This document shows, piece by piece, positions 1 to 9,540 of a DNA stretch of 64,000 nucleotides. Positions within the stretch are counted from its first letter, which is position 1, and each line of letters starts with the position of its first letter. A program made the position numbers and the translations under genes. The notes beneath the pieces are model-generated. The model made no database searches, had not been told where the DNA came from, and saw nothing but the letters and a program-made list of their open reading frames with translations. The DNA comes from an uncultured Acidobacteriota bacterium. Lineage in GTDB: Bacteria > Acidobacteriota > Vicinamibacteria > Fen-336. The stretch is from NCBI GenBank assembly GCA_963831755.1, contig CAWHRC010000018.1, positions 1,690-65,689 on the forward strand. Reading direction: 5' to 3'.

Positions 1-318
1 CCCGCGAAGACGATCCCGCTCGACGAGTTCGTGTCGCGCGTGGCGCAGTACGTGGGGCCCGAGAACGCGCGCCGCGAGGGCGACGTCGTCTACTTCAACT
101 ACAAGCAGAACCCCGACGGCCTGCGCCTGTCCGACGGCTACTGCCTGTGCCCGCTGGTCGAGGACGGGCCCGCCGACCTCTCCGCCACGTACTGCCACTG
201 CTCGGTCGGCTACGTGGCGTACCTGTTCGAGAAGAACGTCGGCAAGCCGGTGCGCGTCGAGCTGCTCGAGTCGGTGCGCCGCGGCGGCAAGGCCTGTCGC
301 TTCGCCGTGCACGTGTAG
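1..318 (+). CDS. Cys-rich DUF6144-like / V4R-related protein, 5'-truncated by the window edge
   Basis: Frame 1 is open from base 1. Motifs CLCP, YCHCSVGY and VELLESVRRGGKACRF match this family's pattern as I recall it. Confidence 0.6.
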   Translation, partial: PAKTIPLDEFVSRVAQYVGPENARREGDVVYFNYKQNPDGLRLSDGYCLCPLVEDGPADLSATYCHCSVGYVAYLFEKNVGKPVRVELLESVRRGGKACRFAVHV

Positions 319-459
319 CCTAGCCGCCAGGGACAGACCGCTACCGGCGTTTCTCCCGCTCCCGGAGCACACCCTCCAGAAACGCCCGGTCGATCGCGTC
401 TTGTGGACGGGGTGTGTCCTTCAGCCGAATCAGCATGGACGGGCTGGGCACGGGAATGC

Positions 460-575
460 GGCAAGCCGCCGATCACGAGGTAACGCGCCTCGGCTTCGTT
501 CAGCGCGCGGCAGATCCGGATGACGTCGTCGGGCTCCGGCGCACGCGAGCTGCGGTCATCATTTGCGTCATCCAC
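460..575 (-). pseudogene. N-terminal fragment of a nucleotidyltransferase (MNT/AbiEii-like), truncated
   Basis: MDDANDDRSSRAPEPDDVIRICRALNEAEARYLVIGG is a typical NTase start (helix, then YxxIGG). Coding character is lost after about base 460. Confidence 0.6.
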
Positions 576-721
576 GAGTCCGCCTCTTCGAAGGAGGAGA
601 AGCGAAAGACGCCCCGCGGCACCAGGCCCGGGTCGCCGCGCAGGTAGGCAGCGGTCCGAGCCAGGCGCCCCTGATCGGTCCAGGCGTCCTCGCGACCCGA
701 TCGGCGTCCAACGGTCACCAT
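500..721 (-). CDS. Small hypothetical protein, partner of the downstream nucleotidyltransferase (antitoxin-like)
   Basis: 73 aa with a PRGVFRFSSFEEADSW motif. It overlaps the NTase start, and a -10-like CATACT lies 5 nt before its ATG. Confidence 0.55.
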   Translation of the reverse strand: MVTVGRRSGREDAWTDQGRLARTAAYLRGDPGLVPRGVFRFSSFEEADSWMTQMMTAARVRRSPTTSSGSAAR

Positions 722-800
722 GGTCCAGTATGGTAGCGGATCCGGGGCCGCGACTCGTTCCAGAACGAGTTCGGCCGTTGGCGTGGGAGCGGGATGACCC

Positions 801-1807
801 TCAGGGCTCGACGATCACCTTCAGCCCCCGGCGCGAGGCGGCGAGCGCGAAGGCCTGCGTCGTGTCGGCCAGCGCGAAGCGGTGGGTGACGACCCTGCGC
901 AGGTCCACCCGCCCGGAAGCGGCGAGCGCGATCGCGCGCGGGTAGACGTGCTTCATGCGCCGGGAGAAAGCGATCGTGAGGCCCTTGCGCCGCGCGCGTG
1001 GAAGCGCGGAGCGAGGTGCGCTCGAACGAGGGGATGCCGGCGAGCACGACGCGCGCGCCCGGGCGCGACCGACTCGAGGGCGGCGTCGACCGCCGCCTGC
1101 GTGCCCGCGCACTCGATCGCCACGTCGAGCCCGAGTCCGCCGACGGCCGCGCTGGATGGCCGAGGCCTCGCGGCCCTCCTCGGCCGGCGAAGACCGACGG
1201 CGCCGAGCGCGTGCGCGGCGTCGAGCCGGTGGGGGCGCGAGGCGAGATCGGTCGCGACGAGCCGGGCGCGCCGGCGGCGCTTCGCGACCTGCAGGCAGAA
1301 GAGGCCGATCGGGCCGCAGCCGAGGACGCCGACCGTGTCGCCCGTGCGCACGTGGCCGAGGTCGACGGCGTGGATCGCGACGCCGAGCGGCTCGAGCATG
1401 GCGCCGTCCTCGGCGCTGAAGCCCTCGGGCAGCGGGACGACGCAGTGCGGCGGGCCAGGCCATCCACTCGCGCAGCGCGCCGTCGTCCGGGCCGTGGCCG
1501 GCGAAGCGGACCGACGGGCAGAGGTTGGGGTGGCCCTCGAGGCAGAGCAGGCAGCGGCCGCAGTAGACGGCCGGGTCGACGGCGACGAGCCGGCCGTCCT
1601 CGGTGCGGCCCGCGAACTCGTGGCCGGGCACGATCGGCCGCGCGATCCGCGTGCCGCCGATGCCGCCGTCCTCGAACCAGTGCAGGTCGGAGCCGCACAG
1701 CCCGACGGCCTCGACGCGCACCAGCGTCTCGCCCTGCGCCGGCGTGGGCACGGGCTCGTCGTGCAGCCGCACGTCGCGCGTGCCGTGCGAGCCGTGCCGC
1801 GCGCGAC
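801..1807 (-). CDS. Zn-dependent polyol/sugar-alcohol dehydrogenase (MDR family), frameshifted
   Basis: Motifs spread over several frames: GLCGSD, GHEFAG, structural Zn CGRCLLCLEGHPNLC, LEPLGVAIH, GCGPIG and C-terminal LKVIVEP. Confidence 0.85.
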
Positions 1808-2545
1808 TCAGCGCCTTCCTTCTCCTGCCTGGCCGTAGTACGCGCTCCGGCCGTGCTTGCGCAGGTAGTGCTTGTCGACGAGGAAGGCCGCCGGGCGCTT
1901 CACGTCGGACGCGAGCGAGCCGGATCTGGATCTCCATGCGGCCAGGTACTCGAGGATCTGCGGCGTTCTCGACGGCCTCGGTCGCGCTGCGTGCCCCAGG
2001 TGAACGGCCCGTGGTTGACGACGAGCACCGCCGGGACCTCCTCGGGCGAGAGCGCCAGCGCGCGGAACGTCTCGACGATCACGAGCCCGGTGTTCCGTCT
2101 CGTAGTCGCCCTCGACCTCCGCCTCGGTCGAGCGGGCGCGTCACGGGCACGTCGCCGCGGAAGTGGTCGGCGTGCGTCGTGCCGAGGCAGCGCACGGGCA
2201 GGCCCGGCCTGGGCCAGCGCGGTCGCGTGCGCCGAGTGCGTGTGCACGACGCCGCCGCAGCGGGAAACGCGCGGTACAGCTCGAGGTGCGTCGGCGTGTC
2301 GGACGAGGGCGCAGCGCCGAGTCGACGATCGCGCCGCTGTCGAGCGCGACGAGCACGATGTCGCGCGGGCGTGAGCCGCTCGTACGGGACGCCGCTCGGC
2401 TTGATCGCCATCAGGCCCGGCCGCGCGGTCGACGCCGGAGACGTTGCCGAAGGTGCCCATCACGAGGCCGCTGCGGGCCAGGTCCATGTTGGCCGCGGTG
2501 GACCTCCTCGCGCAGCGCCGCGTGCTTCCGGGTCGAGCCTGCCAT
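1808..2545 (-). CDS. araD: L-ribulose-5-phosphate 4-epimerase, frameshifted
   Basis: GTFGNVSGVDR, IKPSGVPY, PSSDTPTH, HTHS, GTTHADHF, NHGPFTWG and a C-terminal HYLRKHG..AYYGQ. Confidence 0.9.
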
Positions 2546-2548
2546 CGC

Positions 2549-4256
2549 TCAGCTCCTCCGCGCGATCTCGCGCTCGCGCATCGCGAGCAGGCGCTTCATC
2601 AGGCTCGGCAAGTCGGCCTTCGCGCCCGGCGACGCCGCCGAAGCTGTCGTGCAGCTCGCGGTACATCGCCGTACAGCTCGTCGTAGACGCGCGCGGCCGC
2701 GGGGTCGGGCGTGAAGCGCTTCTCCTTGAGCGAGCTCATCTTCTCCTGCGCGCGCTCGAAGCTCGCGTGGCCGCCCTTCGCCTCGCCCGCCGTCACGGCC
2801 GCGGCGATCGCCGAGCCGAGCGCCGGCGTCTGCGCCGAGCCGGCGATCAGCATCGGGTGGCCGATCACGTCGGCGTAGATCTGCATGAACAGCTCGTTCT
2901 TCTCGGCGATCGCCGCCGCAGCAGACGACGCGCTCGATCGGCACGCCGTAGTCGCGCAGCCGCTCGACGATCGCGCGCGCGCCGAAGGCGGTCGCCTCGA
3001 TCAGCGCGCGGTAGACCTCGGCACGCGTGGTGTGCAGCGTCTGGCCGACGCAGCAGGCCGCGTCAGGCGCGGGTCGACCAGGATCGTGCGGTTGCCGTTG
3101 TTCCAGTCGAGCGCCAGCAGGCCCGACTCGCCCGGGCCGATCTTCGCGGCCTCGCTTCGACAGCGCGGCGTGCAGCGCGTCGTCGCCCTGGCAGATCTCG
3201 TCGACCCACCAGCGCAGGATGTCGCCGACCGCCGACTGGCCGGCCTCGATGCCGTAGTAGCCCGGCATGATCGAGCCGTCGACGATGCCGCAGATGCCGG
3301 GCACGTCGGCGATCATCTGGCCGGCCTTCGGGCGACGGCGCAGTCGCAGGTGGAGGTGCCGATGATCTTCACGAGCGTGCCGCTCTTGACGCCGGCGCCG
3401 ACGGCGCCGTAGTGCGCGTCGAAGCTGCCCATCGCGATCGGGATGCCCTCGGGCAGGCCGAGCTTGCTTCGCCCACTCGGCGCAGAGCGTGCCGGCCGGC
3501 CGGTCGGCCGGGTAGCGCCTTCGTCGTACATGCGGTCGCGCAGCGCCGCGAGCTTCGGGTCGAGCCGCTTCGAGGAACTCCTTCGCCGGCAGGCCGCCCC
3601 AGGCCTCCGAGTACATCGCCTTGTGGCCCGGCGGGACAGACGCCGCGCAGGATCTTCTTCGGGTCGTCGACGCCGGCGAGCACGGCGGGGACGAAGTCGG
3701 CCAGCTCGACCCAGCTCGCGGCGGCGTCGAAGACCTCGGGCGCGACCTTCAGGCAGTGCCAGACCTTCGACCACAGCCACTCGGAGGAGTAGGTGCCGCC
3801 GATCGGCGCCAGGTACTGCGGCGCGTGCTCCGCCGCGGTCTCCGTGATCGCCGCGGCCTCGGCCGCGCCCGTGTGGTCCTTCCACAGCCAGGCGTGGGCC
3901 GCGAGGTTGGCCTTCCACTTCGGGTCCATCGCGAGCGGGCGGCAGCGGGCGTCGACCGGGATGGGCGTCGAGCCGGTGGTGTCGACGCCGATGCCGATCA
4001 CGTCTCCGGCGCGAGACGCGCCCGCCTTCGCGGCGGCGGCGAGCGCCCCGTTCACCGACTGCTCGAGGCCGAGCACGTAGTCGGCCGGGTTCTGGCGCGC
4101 GAGGTGCGGGTCCCTCGGGTCGAGCAGGATGCCCTGGTCGCCGGACGGGTAGTCGAAGACCGCCGTGCCGAGCTCGCGGCCGTCGGCGCAGTCCACGACC
4201 AGCGCGCGGACGGAGTTGGTGCCGTAGTCGATGCCGATGGTGTAGGCGCGCTTCAT
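2549..4256 (-). CDS. araB: Ribulokinase (FGGY family), frameshifted
   Basis: [66 protein letters not shown]. Confidence 0.92.
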
Positions 4257-4276
4257 GTTGCCTCCGGGTGGGAGTG

Positions 4277-4325
4277 GGGGTCAGGTCTTGTATCGCTGCA
4301 ATGTCGCAATTCAAGACCTGACCCC
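4277..4325. repeat. Palindromic REP-like element with 14-bp arms and a 21-nt spacer
   Basis: GGGGTCAGGTCTTG (4277-4290) and CAAGACCTGACCCC (4312-4325) form a perfect inverted repeat just upstream of araB. Confidence 0.8.
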
Positions 4326-4343
4326 AGACGCCTGCGCGCGAAG

Positions 4344-4484
4344 CTATCGCCCGCCCGCCGGTCCGTCAAGGCACCGCCGCCGGCGCCCGGTCCGACGCCG
4401 ACGGTGGGTGGCAGGAAGCGGTCGACGTCCGGCGCGCTTCGACGACGATCGAGACGTCACCAGGGCCGACGTGTCGATCACCAT
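4344..4484 (-). pseudogene. vapC: VapC (PIN) toxin remnant with an internal deletion
   Basis: ATG overlaps the vapB stop (TGATG). MVIDTSALV is followed, in another frame, by VSIVVEAR, a motif normally some 30 residues further on. Confidence 0.7.
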
Positions 4485-4738
4485 CAGCGTGGCAGGCCGT
4501 GCTGGTCGTAGCCGAGGATCTCGTCCGCCGGCCGCGTGTCGCGCAGCGGGAGGGCCGCGCACTCCCTGGCGATCGCATCCAGCTCGTCCGCGAGCCGCCG
4601 CTGGCCGCGCTCCCGTCGGACTCGGGCCAGTCGATCGCGCAGGGCACGACGCACGGCCTCGGTCTTGGTTTCACCCGTCAGTCTGGAAAGAGACTCGGCG
4701 AGTGCATCAACTTCTTTGTTTCGAATGTTTAGCGGCAT
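4484..4738 (-). CDS. vapB: VapB antitoxin (Rv0623-like / PSK transcription factor family)
   Basis: [33 protein letters not shown]...[12 protein letters not shown] is the family signature. Confidence 0.88.
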   Translation of the reverse strand: MPLNIRNKEVDALAESLSRLTGETKTEAVRRALRDRLARVRRERGQRRLADELDAIARECAALPLRDTRPADEILGYDQHGLPR

Positions 4739-4740
4739 GT

Positions 4741-4775
4741 GTGTAGCCTTCACCACCCATGACTACACTGTAGCC
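4741..4775 (-). promoter_or_regulatory. Probable vapB autoregulatory operator/promoter
   Basis: GTGTAG..CTACAC inverted repeat, TGTAGCC direct repeat, near-palindrome CTACACTGTAG, and a -10-like TACAGT on the minus strand. Confidence 0.5.
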
Positions 4776-4957
4776 GAATGGCTCGGCTCCATTCAGGGGC
4801 CTCCCTCCGTGGCGAGGGCCATCGGCCGCTGCCGTGAGCACACGGCCGCGGCCGCGCGCCCCGGCCTCGTGTGCTAGCCTCGCACCGCAGCGATGACGCG
4901 CATCCACGAGCGACCCGACCGCCCCTGCGCCCGCCGTCGGCCCCGGCGGGTCGCGCC

Positions 4958-6139
4958 GTGAGCGCCGGTCCGGCCGGCCGCCTGCACCTGGCGGCCTTCG
5001 CGGGCATGTTCCTGTTCGGCATCGCCGCGGCGCTGCTGGGCTCCGTGCTGCCGCTCGTCTCCGGGCGGCTTCAGATCGGCCTCGGCCGCGTCGGCACGCT
5101 GTTCCTGGTGATGAACGGCTGCATGCTCGCATCGAGCTTCGCCCTGGGCGCGCTGCAGGACCGCTTCGGCATGAAGCCGCCCCTGGTCGGCGGGCCGCTG
5201 GTGGTCGGCGTGGCGCTCGTCCTGGCCGCGACGGCAGGGGACTACGGCCGGCTGCTCGCGGCCGTGGGGCTGCTCGGCGTGGGCGGTGCCGCGCTCAACG
5301 GCGCGAGCAACGCGCTGGTGGCCGATCTCCACCACGATCCCGCGGCCAAGAGCGCTGCCCTCAACCGGGTCGGGGTCTTCTTCGGCGTCGGCGCGCTGTT
5401 CATGCCGTTCGCGGTCGGGCTGCTGCTGCGCGCCGCCGGCCTGCGCGGGATCCTGCTCGGCGTGGCGGCGTCGTGCCTGGGTGTCGCCGTCCTCAACGCG
5501 CTTCCCGCCTACCCGCCGCCCAAGCACGCCGCCGGCCTGTCGGCGGCGGAGGCGAAGCGCCTGCTGCGCGACCCGTTCGTGCTCCTGCTCGGCGCGCTGC
5601 TCTTCTTCCAGTCCGGCAACGAGTTCATCCTCGGCGGCTACACGACGACGCTGCTGACGGCCGAGCGGGGCATGAGCGTCCGGGCCGCGTCCTACGCGCT
5701 CGCCGGCTACTGGGCCGCGCTGATGGCCGGCCGCGCGTGGCTCGGGCGGAGGCGCTCGCGCCTGAGCGCCCCGCGGGTCGTGCTCGCGAGCGCGGCGGCC
5801 TCGGCCCTGGCGGTGGCGCTGCTCGTCGGCACGTCCCGGCCGTGGCTGTCCGTGGCCCTGGTGGTGGCGATCGGGGCGACGCTGGCCGGCGTCTTCCCGG
5901 CCGTGCTCGGCGTCGCGGGCGCCCGCTTCCCGTCCCACTCGGGCACGGTGTTCGGGATCCTGTTCACGCTGGCGCTCTCCGGCGGGATGACGCTGCCGTG
6001 GATCACCGGCCAGCTGGCCGCCGCCTGGGGCCTGCGGCCGGCGCTCGGCCTGGTCGTGGCTCAGTTCGCGGCGGTCTTCGTGCTGCAGCTGCGGCTCACA
6101 GCTGGACGCGCAGGCCCCGTGAGCGCAGGAGGCCGCTGA
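4958..6139 (+). CDS. MFS transporter (FucP/TsgA-like sugar permease)
   Basis: About 12 hydrophobic segments and GALQDRFGMK (motif A). The start could be as early as 4871. Confidence 0.85.
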   Translation: MSAGPAGRLHLAAFAGMFLFGIAAALLGSVLPLVSGRLQIGLGRVGTLFLVMNGCMLASSFALGALQDRFGMKPPLVGGPLVVGVALVLAATAGDYGRLLAAVGLLGVGGAALNGASNALVADLHHDPAAKSAALNRVGVFFGVGALFMPFAVGLLLRAAGLRGILLGVAASCLGVAVLNALPAYPPPKHAAGLSAAEAKRLLRDPFVLLLGALLFFQSGNEFILGGYTTTLLTAERGMSVRAASYALAGYWAALMAGRAWLGRRRSRLSAPRVVLASAAASALAVALLVGTSRPWLSVALVVAIGATLAGVFPAVLGVAGARFPSHSGTVFGILFTLALSGGMTLPWITGQLAAAWGLRPALGLVVAQFAAVFVLQLRLTAGRAGPVSAGGR

Positions 6140-7298
6140 GCCGCACCACGATCCATGCGAAGACGAAGGAGCGCAGGAACCCGACCGTGGTCGACTCGCC
6201 CAGCCCGGCGTACAGGTCCGTGCCGGCGGTGAGCGGCGCCGCGAGCGTGAAGACGGAGACGAGCGCCGGCGCCAGCAGGTAGGCGACCAGCGGATTCTCG
6301 CCGGCGATCGCGAGCGATCGCGGCCACCGCCGCCAACCCGCGAGGTCGACCGCCAGGAAGAGGAGCAGCCACGCGGCGCAGGTGAGAGCCGAGGACAGCA
6401 GGCCCCAGGGCGCGGTCGCCTGGACCTTGCTGATCCGGAACGCCGGCCCGAGCGGGCTCAGCGTGTGGAGCAGCAGGCCCGCGGCGGCCAGCCCGGCCGC
6501 GAGCGCGAGCGCCTGCGTCAGCAGCGGGCGTGCCGGGCCGCCCTCCCTCACGTGCCCCCGCAGCAGCGTGCCGAGCAGCGTCCCCGCGAGGACGACGGCC
6601 GTGTGCGTGCCGAGAAGCGGGCCCAGGAACGGGCCGATGGCAATGCTGCCCAGGCCGCCCGTGGCGTGGGCGAGGGCGATGCAGTAGAGTAGCGCCGTGA
6701 TGCCGGTCAGCGCGGCGGGACGCTTGCCGACGAGCAGGTACAGCGTCGCGGCCGCCAGGTACGCCCAGCCGATCAGGCCCAAGATGCCCCACCAGTGCGG
6801 CCGGAGCTGGATCCAGCCGCTGGCCTCGGGCGAGCGGTAGACGAGCACGGCGAAGGCCAGCAGCGCCGCCCCGACGGCGCGCAGCCAGCCCCTCGGGACC
6901 CTCCCGTAGCCCGCCTGCGGCGTGCCCCACACCAGCAGGGCGCCGGCCGTCCACAGCAGGTTCCACACGGGCCCGGACAGGATGCCGTCGACGCCCTGCT
7001 CCGCGTTCACCATCAGCACGCCCATCGCCAGGAGCGCCACGGCGCGGCCGAGCACGTGGCGCCACAGCTGCGTGCGGGTCTGCCCCCGCCGCAGGCGGGC
7101 CTCGAGCGCGAAGGGCAGCGCGATCCCGACGACGAACAGGAAGGCCGGGAAGACGAGATCGGTGATCGTCATGCCGTCCGTGCCGGGCGGGGCGTGCAGC
7201 AGGAAGGCCGGCGTGCCGCGCACGAAGCCGATCTCGTTGACGAACAGCATCAGCAGCACGTCGGCGCCGCGCAGCAGGTCGATCGACTGGACGCGCAT
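6096..7298 (-). CDS. DUF5009 / HGSNAT-like (NagX-type) membrane acyltransferase family protein
   Basis: SIDLLRG, LMLFVN, DLVFPAFLFVVG, WWGILGLIGWAY, ISKVQATAPW. Confidence 0.85.
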   Translation of the reverse strand: MRVQSIDLLRGADVLLMLFVNEIGFVRGTPAFLLHAPPGTDGMTITDLVFPAFLFVVGIALPFALEARLRRGQTRTQLWRHVLGRAVALLAMGVLMVNAEQGVDGILSGPVWNLLWTAGALLVWGTPQAGYGRVPRGWLRAVGAALLAFAVLVYRSPEASGWIQLRPHWWGILGLIGWAYLAAATLYLLVGKRPAALTGITALLYCIALAHATGGLGSIAIGPFLGPLLGTHTAVVLAGTLLGTLLRGHVREGGPARPLLTQALALAAGLAAAGLLLHTLSPLGPAFRISKVQATAPWGLLSSALTCAAWLLLFLAVDLAGWRRWPRSLAIAGENPLVAYLLAPALVSVFTLAAPLTAGTDLYAGLGESTTVGFLRSFVFAWIVVRLSGLLRSRGLRVQL

Positions 7299-7316
7299 GC
7301 CGCGTCGCGGCCCGGC

Positions 7317-8870
7317 TCAGACGACCCAGCGCCGCGCGCGCTGCCGCGTTTCGACGAGCGCCGCCAGCGCGATCTTCACGTCCTCGACGACCTGGAAGTC
7401 GTACATGCCCACGCACACGAAGTCCGCGCCGTTGCGGAACGCGTGACGGAAGCCGTCGTTCGGGTGGATGGCGCCGGCGGCGAGCACCTTGTACGCGATC
7501 CAGGGCTGCGGCAGCGCGCTCATGAACGCGGCCGTCTCCTCGGGGTTCACGCACCAGATGTTGTCGTTCTGCACGTCCTTGCGGGCCGACCAGTAGTCGC
7601 CGTGGTGCAGCGTCTTGACCCAGAAGTCCGGCTTCAAGCCGGCCGCGACGCAGGCCTGCACGGTCTCGAGCTGGTGTGCGCCGATCCCCGCGGGGACGCC
7701 GTTCTGGCGGGCGAGGTCGAGCGCCCTCCCGATCACGTCGGTCCTGCCGTCCCGAGCCAGGTTGTCGGCGATGCCGCCGTGGACGTAGCAGGCGTGGGCC
7801 CCCACGTCGACCGACACCTTGACGCCCTCGACCACGTCGCCCTTGTAGCCGCAGTCGGAGATGAACTGGATCCTGCCGCCCTCGCGCCGCCAGTAGGCGT
7901 CGATCACACGGGCGAGCTGCGGGTTGGTGAGGAACGTGTTGACGCCGCAGCGCTCGGCGAGCCGCAGCGTCTCGAACACCTTCTGGTCCGTGTGGTAGGT
8001 CTTGACGAGCCGGGACATGTAGAGCAGGTCGCGCGCGTGCGCCCAGCCGCCGATCAGGTTGCCGCCCATGATGAGGCGGCTGACGTCGAGCTTCCCGATC
8101 CGGGCGTGGGGAACCGGGCCCGGCAGCTGCTCGCCTTCCCGGCCGGGAACGGCCTCCGTCGCCGCGCCGCCACCGTTCCCTCCCGAGACGCGCAGGATCC
8201 TCTCCTCGCGGCTGTCGAGCCGCCGCTTCTCGAGGAAGGCGAGCACGAAAGCCCCGAGCGCGGGCAGGCTCAGCGCGGCGCGGATCAGCTCGCGGCGTGA
8301 GCCGGGAGCCGGCGGCAGGCCGGGCACGGCGGCCGTGGCGGACGGCTGAGCCGCGGGCGGCGCCGTCGCCTGCTGCCGGAGCCTGGACCAGGACCGGGCG
8401 AGCGCGCGCTCGAGGCCGAAGAAGCCCCCGATCGGGAACGCGGCGAGCACGCACAGCGCGAGCACCGCGACCAGGGTCTCGTCGACGATCAGGTGGCCGC
8501 CGCCGGCGGGGCCCTGCGACGGGAAGCCGGCGAGCGCCGGTCTCGCGGCGTAGCGCAGCAGGAGCAGCGCCGCGCCGCAGAGCGCGGCCGCGCGGGAGAA
8601 CGCGCCGAGCAGCAGGGCGAGCCCGATCAGCACGAGCCCCCAGGCGTACGCGAGGTCCACGCTGCGCAGTGCTGTGGCGTGCGCCGCGATCCAGTGAAAG
8701 GCGCCCGAGAGCAGCCAGCGTGACTCGGCGAGCGAGGCAGCCGTCGTCCAGCCGGGGCTCAGCAGCCGGCCGAGGCCCTCGTAGAGGAGCTGCCAGCCGA
8801 TCCCGATGCGGAGCAGGACGAGCAGGGCTTCCTGCCAGGGGCCGGGCTGCCGCGGCGTGTCGTGACTCAT
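7317..8870 (-). CDS. DoxX/TQO-like membrane domain fused to an aldo/keto-reductase-like TIM-barrel domain
   Basis: N-terminal LLRIGIGWQLLYEG and WGLVLIGLALLLG (DoxX). C-terminal IGKLDVSRLIMGGN and PWIAYKVLAAGAI..GADFVCVGM. Confidence 0.75.
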   Translation of the reverse strand: MSHDTPRQPGPWQEALLVLLRIGIGWQLLYEGLGRLLSPGWTTAASLAESRWLLSGAFHWIAAHATALRSVDLAYAWGLVLIGLALLLGAFSRAAALCGAALLLLRYAARPALAGFPSQGPAGGGHLIVDETLVAVLALCVLAAFPIGGFFGLERALARSWSRLRQQATAPPAAQPSATAAVPGLPPAPGSRRELIRAALSLPALGAFVLAFLEKRRLDSREERILRVSGGNGGGAATEAVPGREGEQLPGPVPHARIGKLDVSRLIMGGNLIGGWAHARDLLYMSRLVKTYHTDQKVFETLRLAERCGVNTFLTNPQLARVIDAYWRREGGRIQFISDCGYKGDVVEGVKVSVDVGAHACYVHGGIADNLARDGRTDVIGRALDLARQNGVPAGIGAHQLETVQACVAAGLKPDFWVKTLHHGDYWSARKDVQNDNIWCVNPEETAAFMSALPQPWIAYKVLAAGAIHPNDGFRHAFRNGADFVCVGMYDFQVVEDVKIALAALVETRQRARRWVV

Positions 8871-8935
8871 GCTGACCCCCTTTGCGACGGCGGCCAAGCG
8901 TCCTCCCGCTGCGCAACCGCGTCAAGGGTGGCGCC

Positions 8936-9421
8936 TCAACGACAGCGGGCTTCGACCGCGGCCGTGATGTCGTCGCTCGCCGGCGGGTTCTCCTGCAGTC
9001 CGAGAGTGTGGAGCAGCTCGTGAATCACGACGGCCTCGGCCTGCCGCGGGTCCGAGGCCGCGAGCATCCCCAGGTCCGGACACGCGTGCACGACGCGGGA
9101 GCCGGGGGCCGTGAAGGCGTGGACACGCGGCCGGTGGCAGGGCGCGTCGTTCGACCCGTCGTAGAAGAGGACCATGAGCGCGTAGTCCGGCGCCTCCAGG
9201 CGCAGCTCGAGCAGACGCTCGTCGAGGGTCCGGCCCGACGGGTCGCGGAACGCGGCGAGAACCGCTGCGCAGGAGGGATCGGCCAGACGGCGCGCGGCCG
9301 CGTGGACGGCGCGCCGGACCGGCTCCTCGAACCAGGTCCCCCGCAGACGCACGCCGTCGCCGTCCGCGGCGACCGCCGGCCGAAGGACGGCCAGCGTTGC
9401 CACGGCCAGCGCAGTCACCAT
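8936..9421 (-). CDS. Small secreted protein with a zincin HEXXH motif
   Basis: Signal-like N-terminus, VIHELLHTLGL.ENPP and four cysteines. Confidence 0.65.
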   Translation of the reverse strand: MVTALAVATLAVLRPAVAADGDGVRLRGTWFEEPVRRAVHAAARRLADPSCAAVLAAFRDPSGRTLDERLLELRLEAPDYALMVLFYDGSNDAPCHRPRVHAFTAPGSRVVHACPDLGMLAASDPRQAEAVVIHELLHTLGLQENPPASDDITAAVEARCR

Positions 9422-9540
9422 AGACTGCCGCAAGGATCCACTCCGGTCGTTGAGGCTAAGGTCGGCGCGGCGCGGCCTCGCGTCGTGATGGAAGCCGGAT
9501 GGCATCCCGTGGCTTTGCGGAGGAAGAGGCGACGGCCCGG

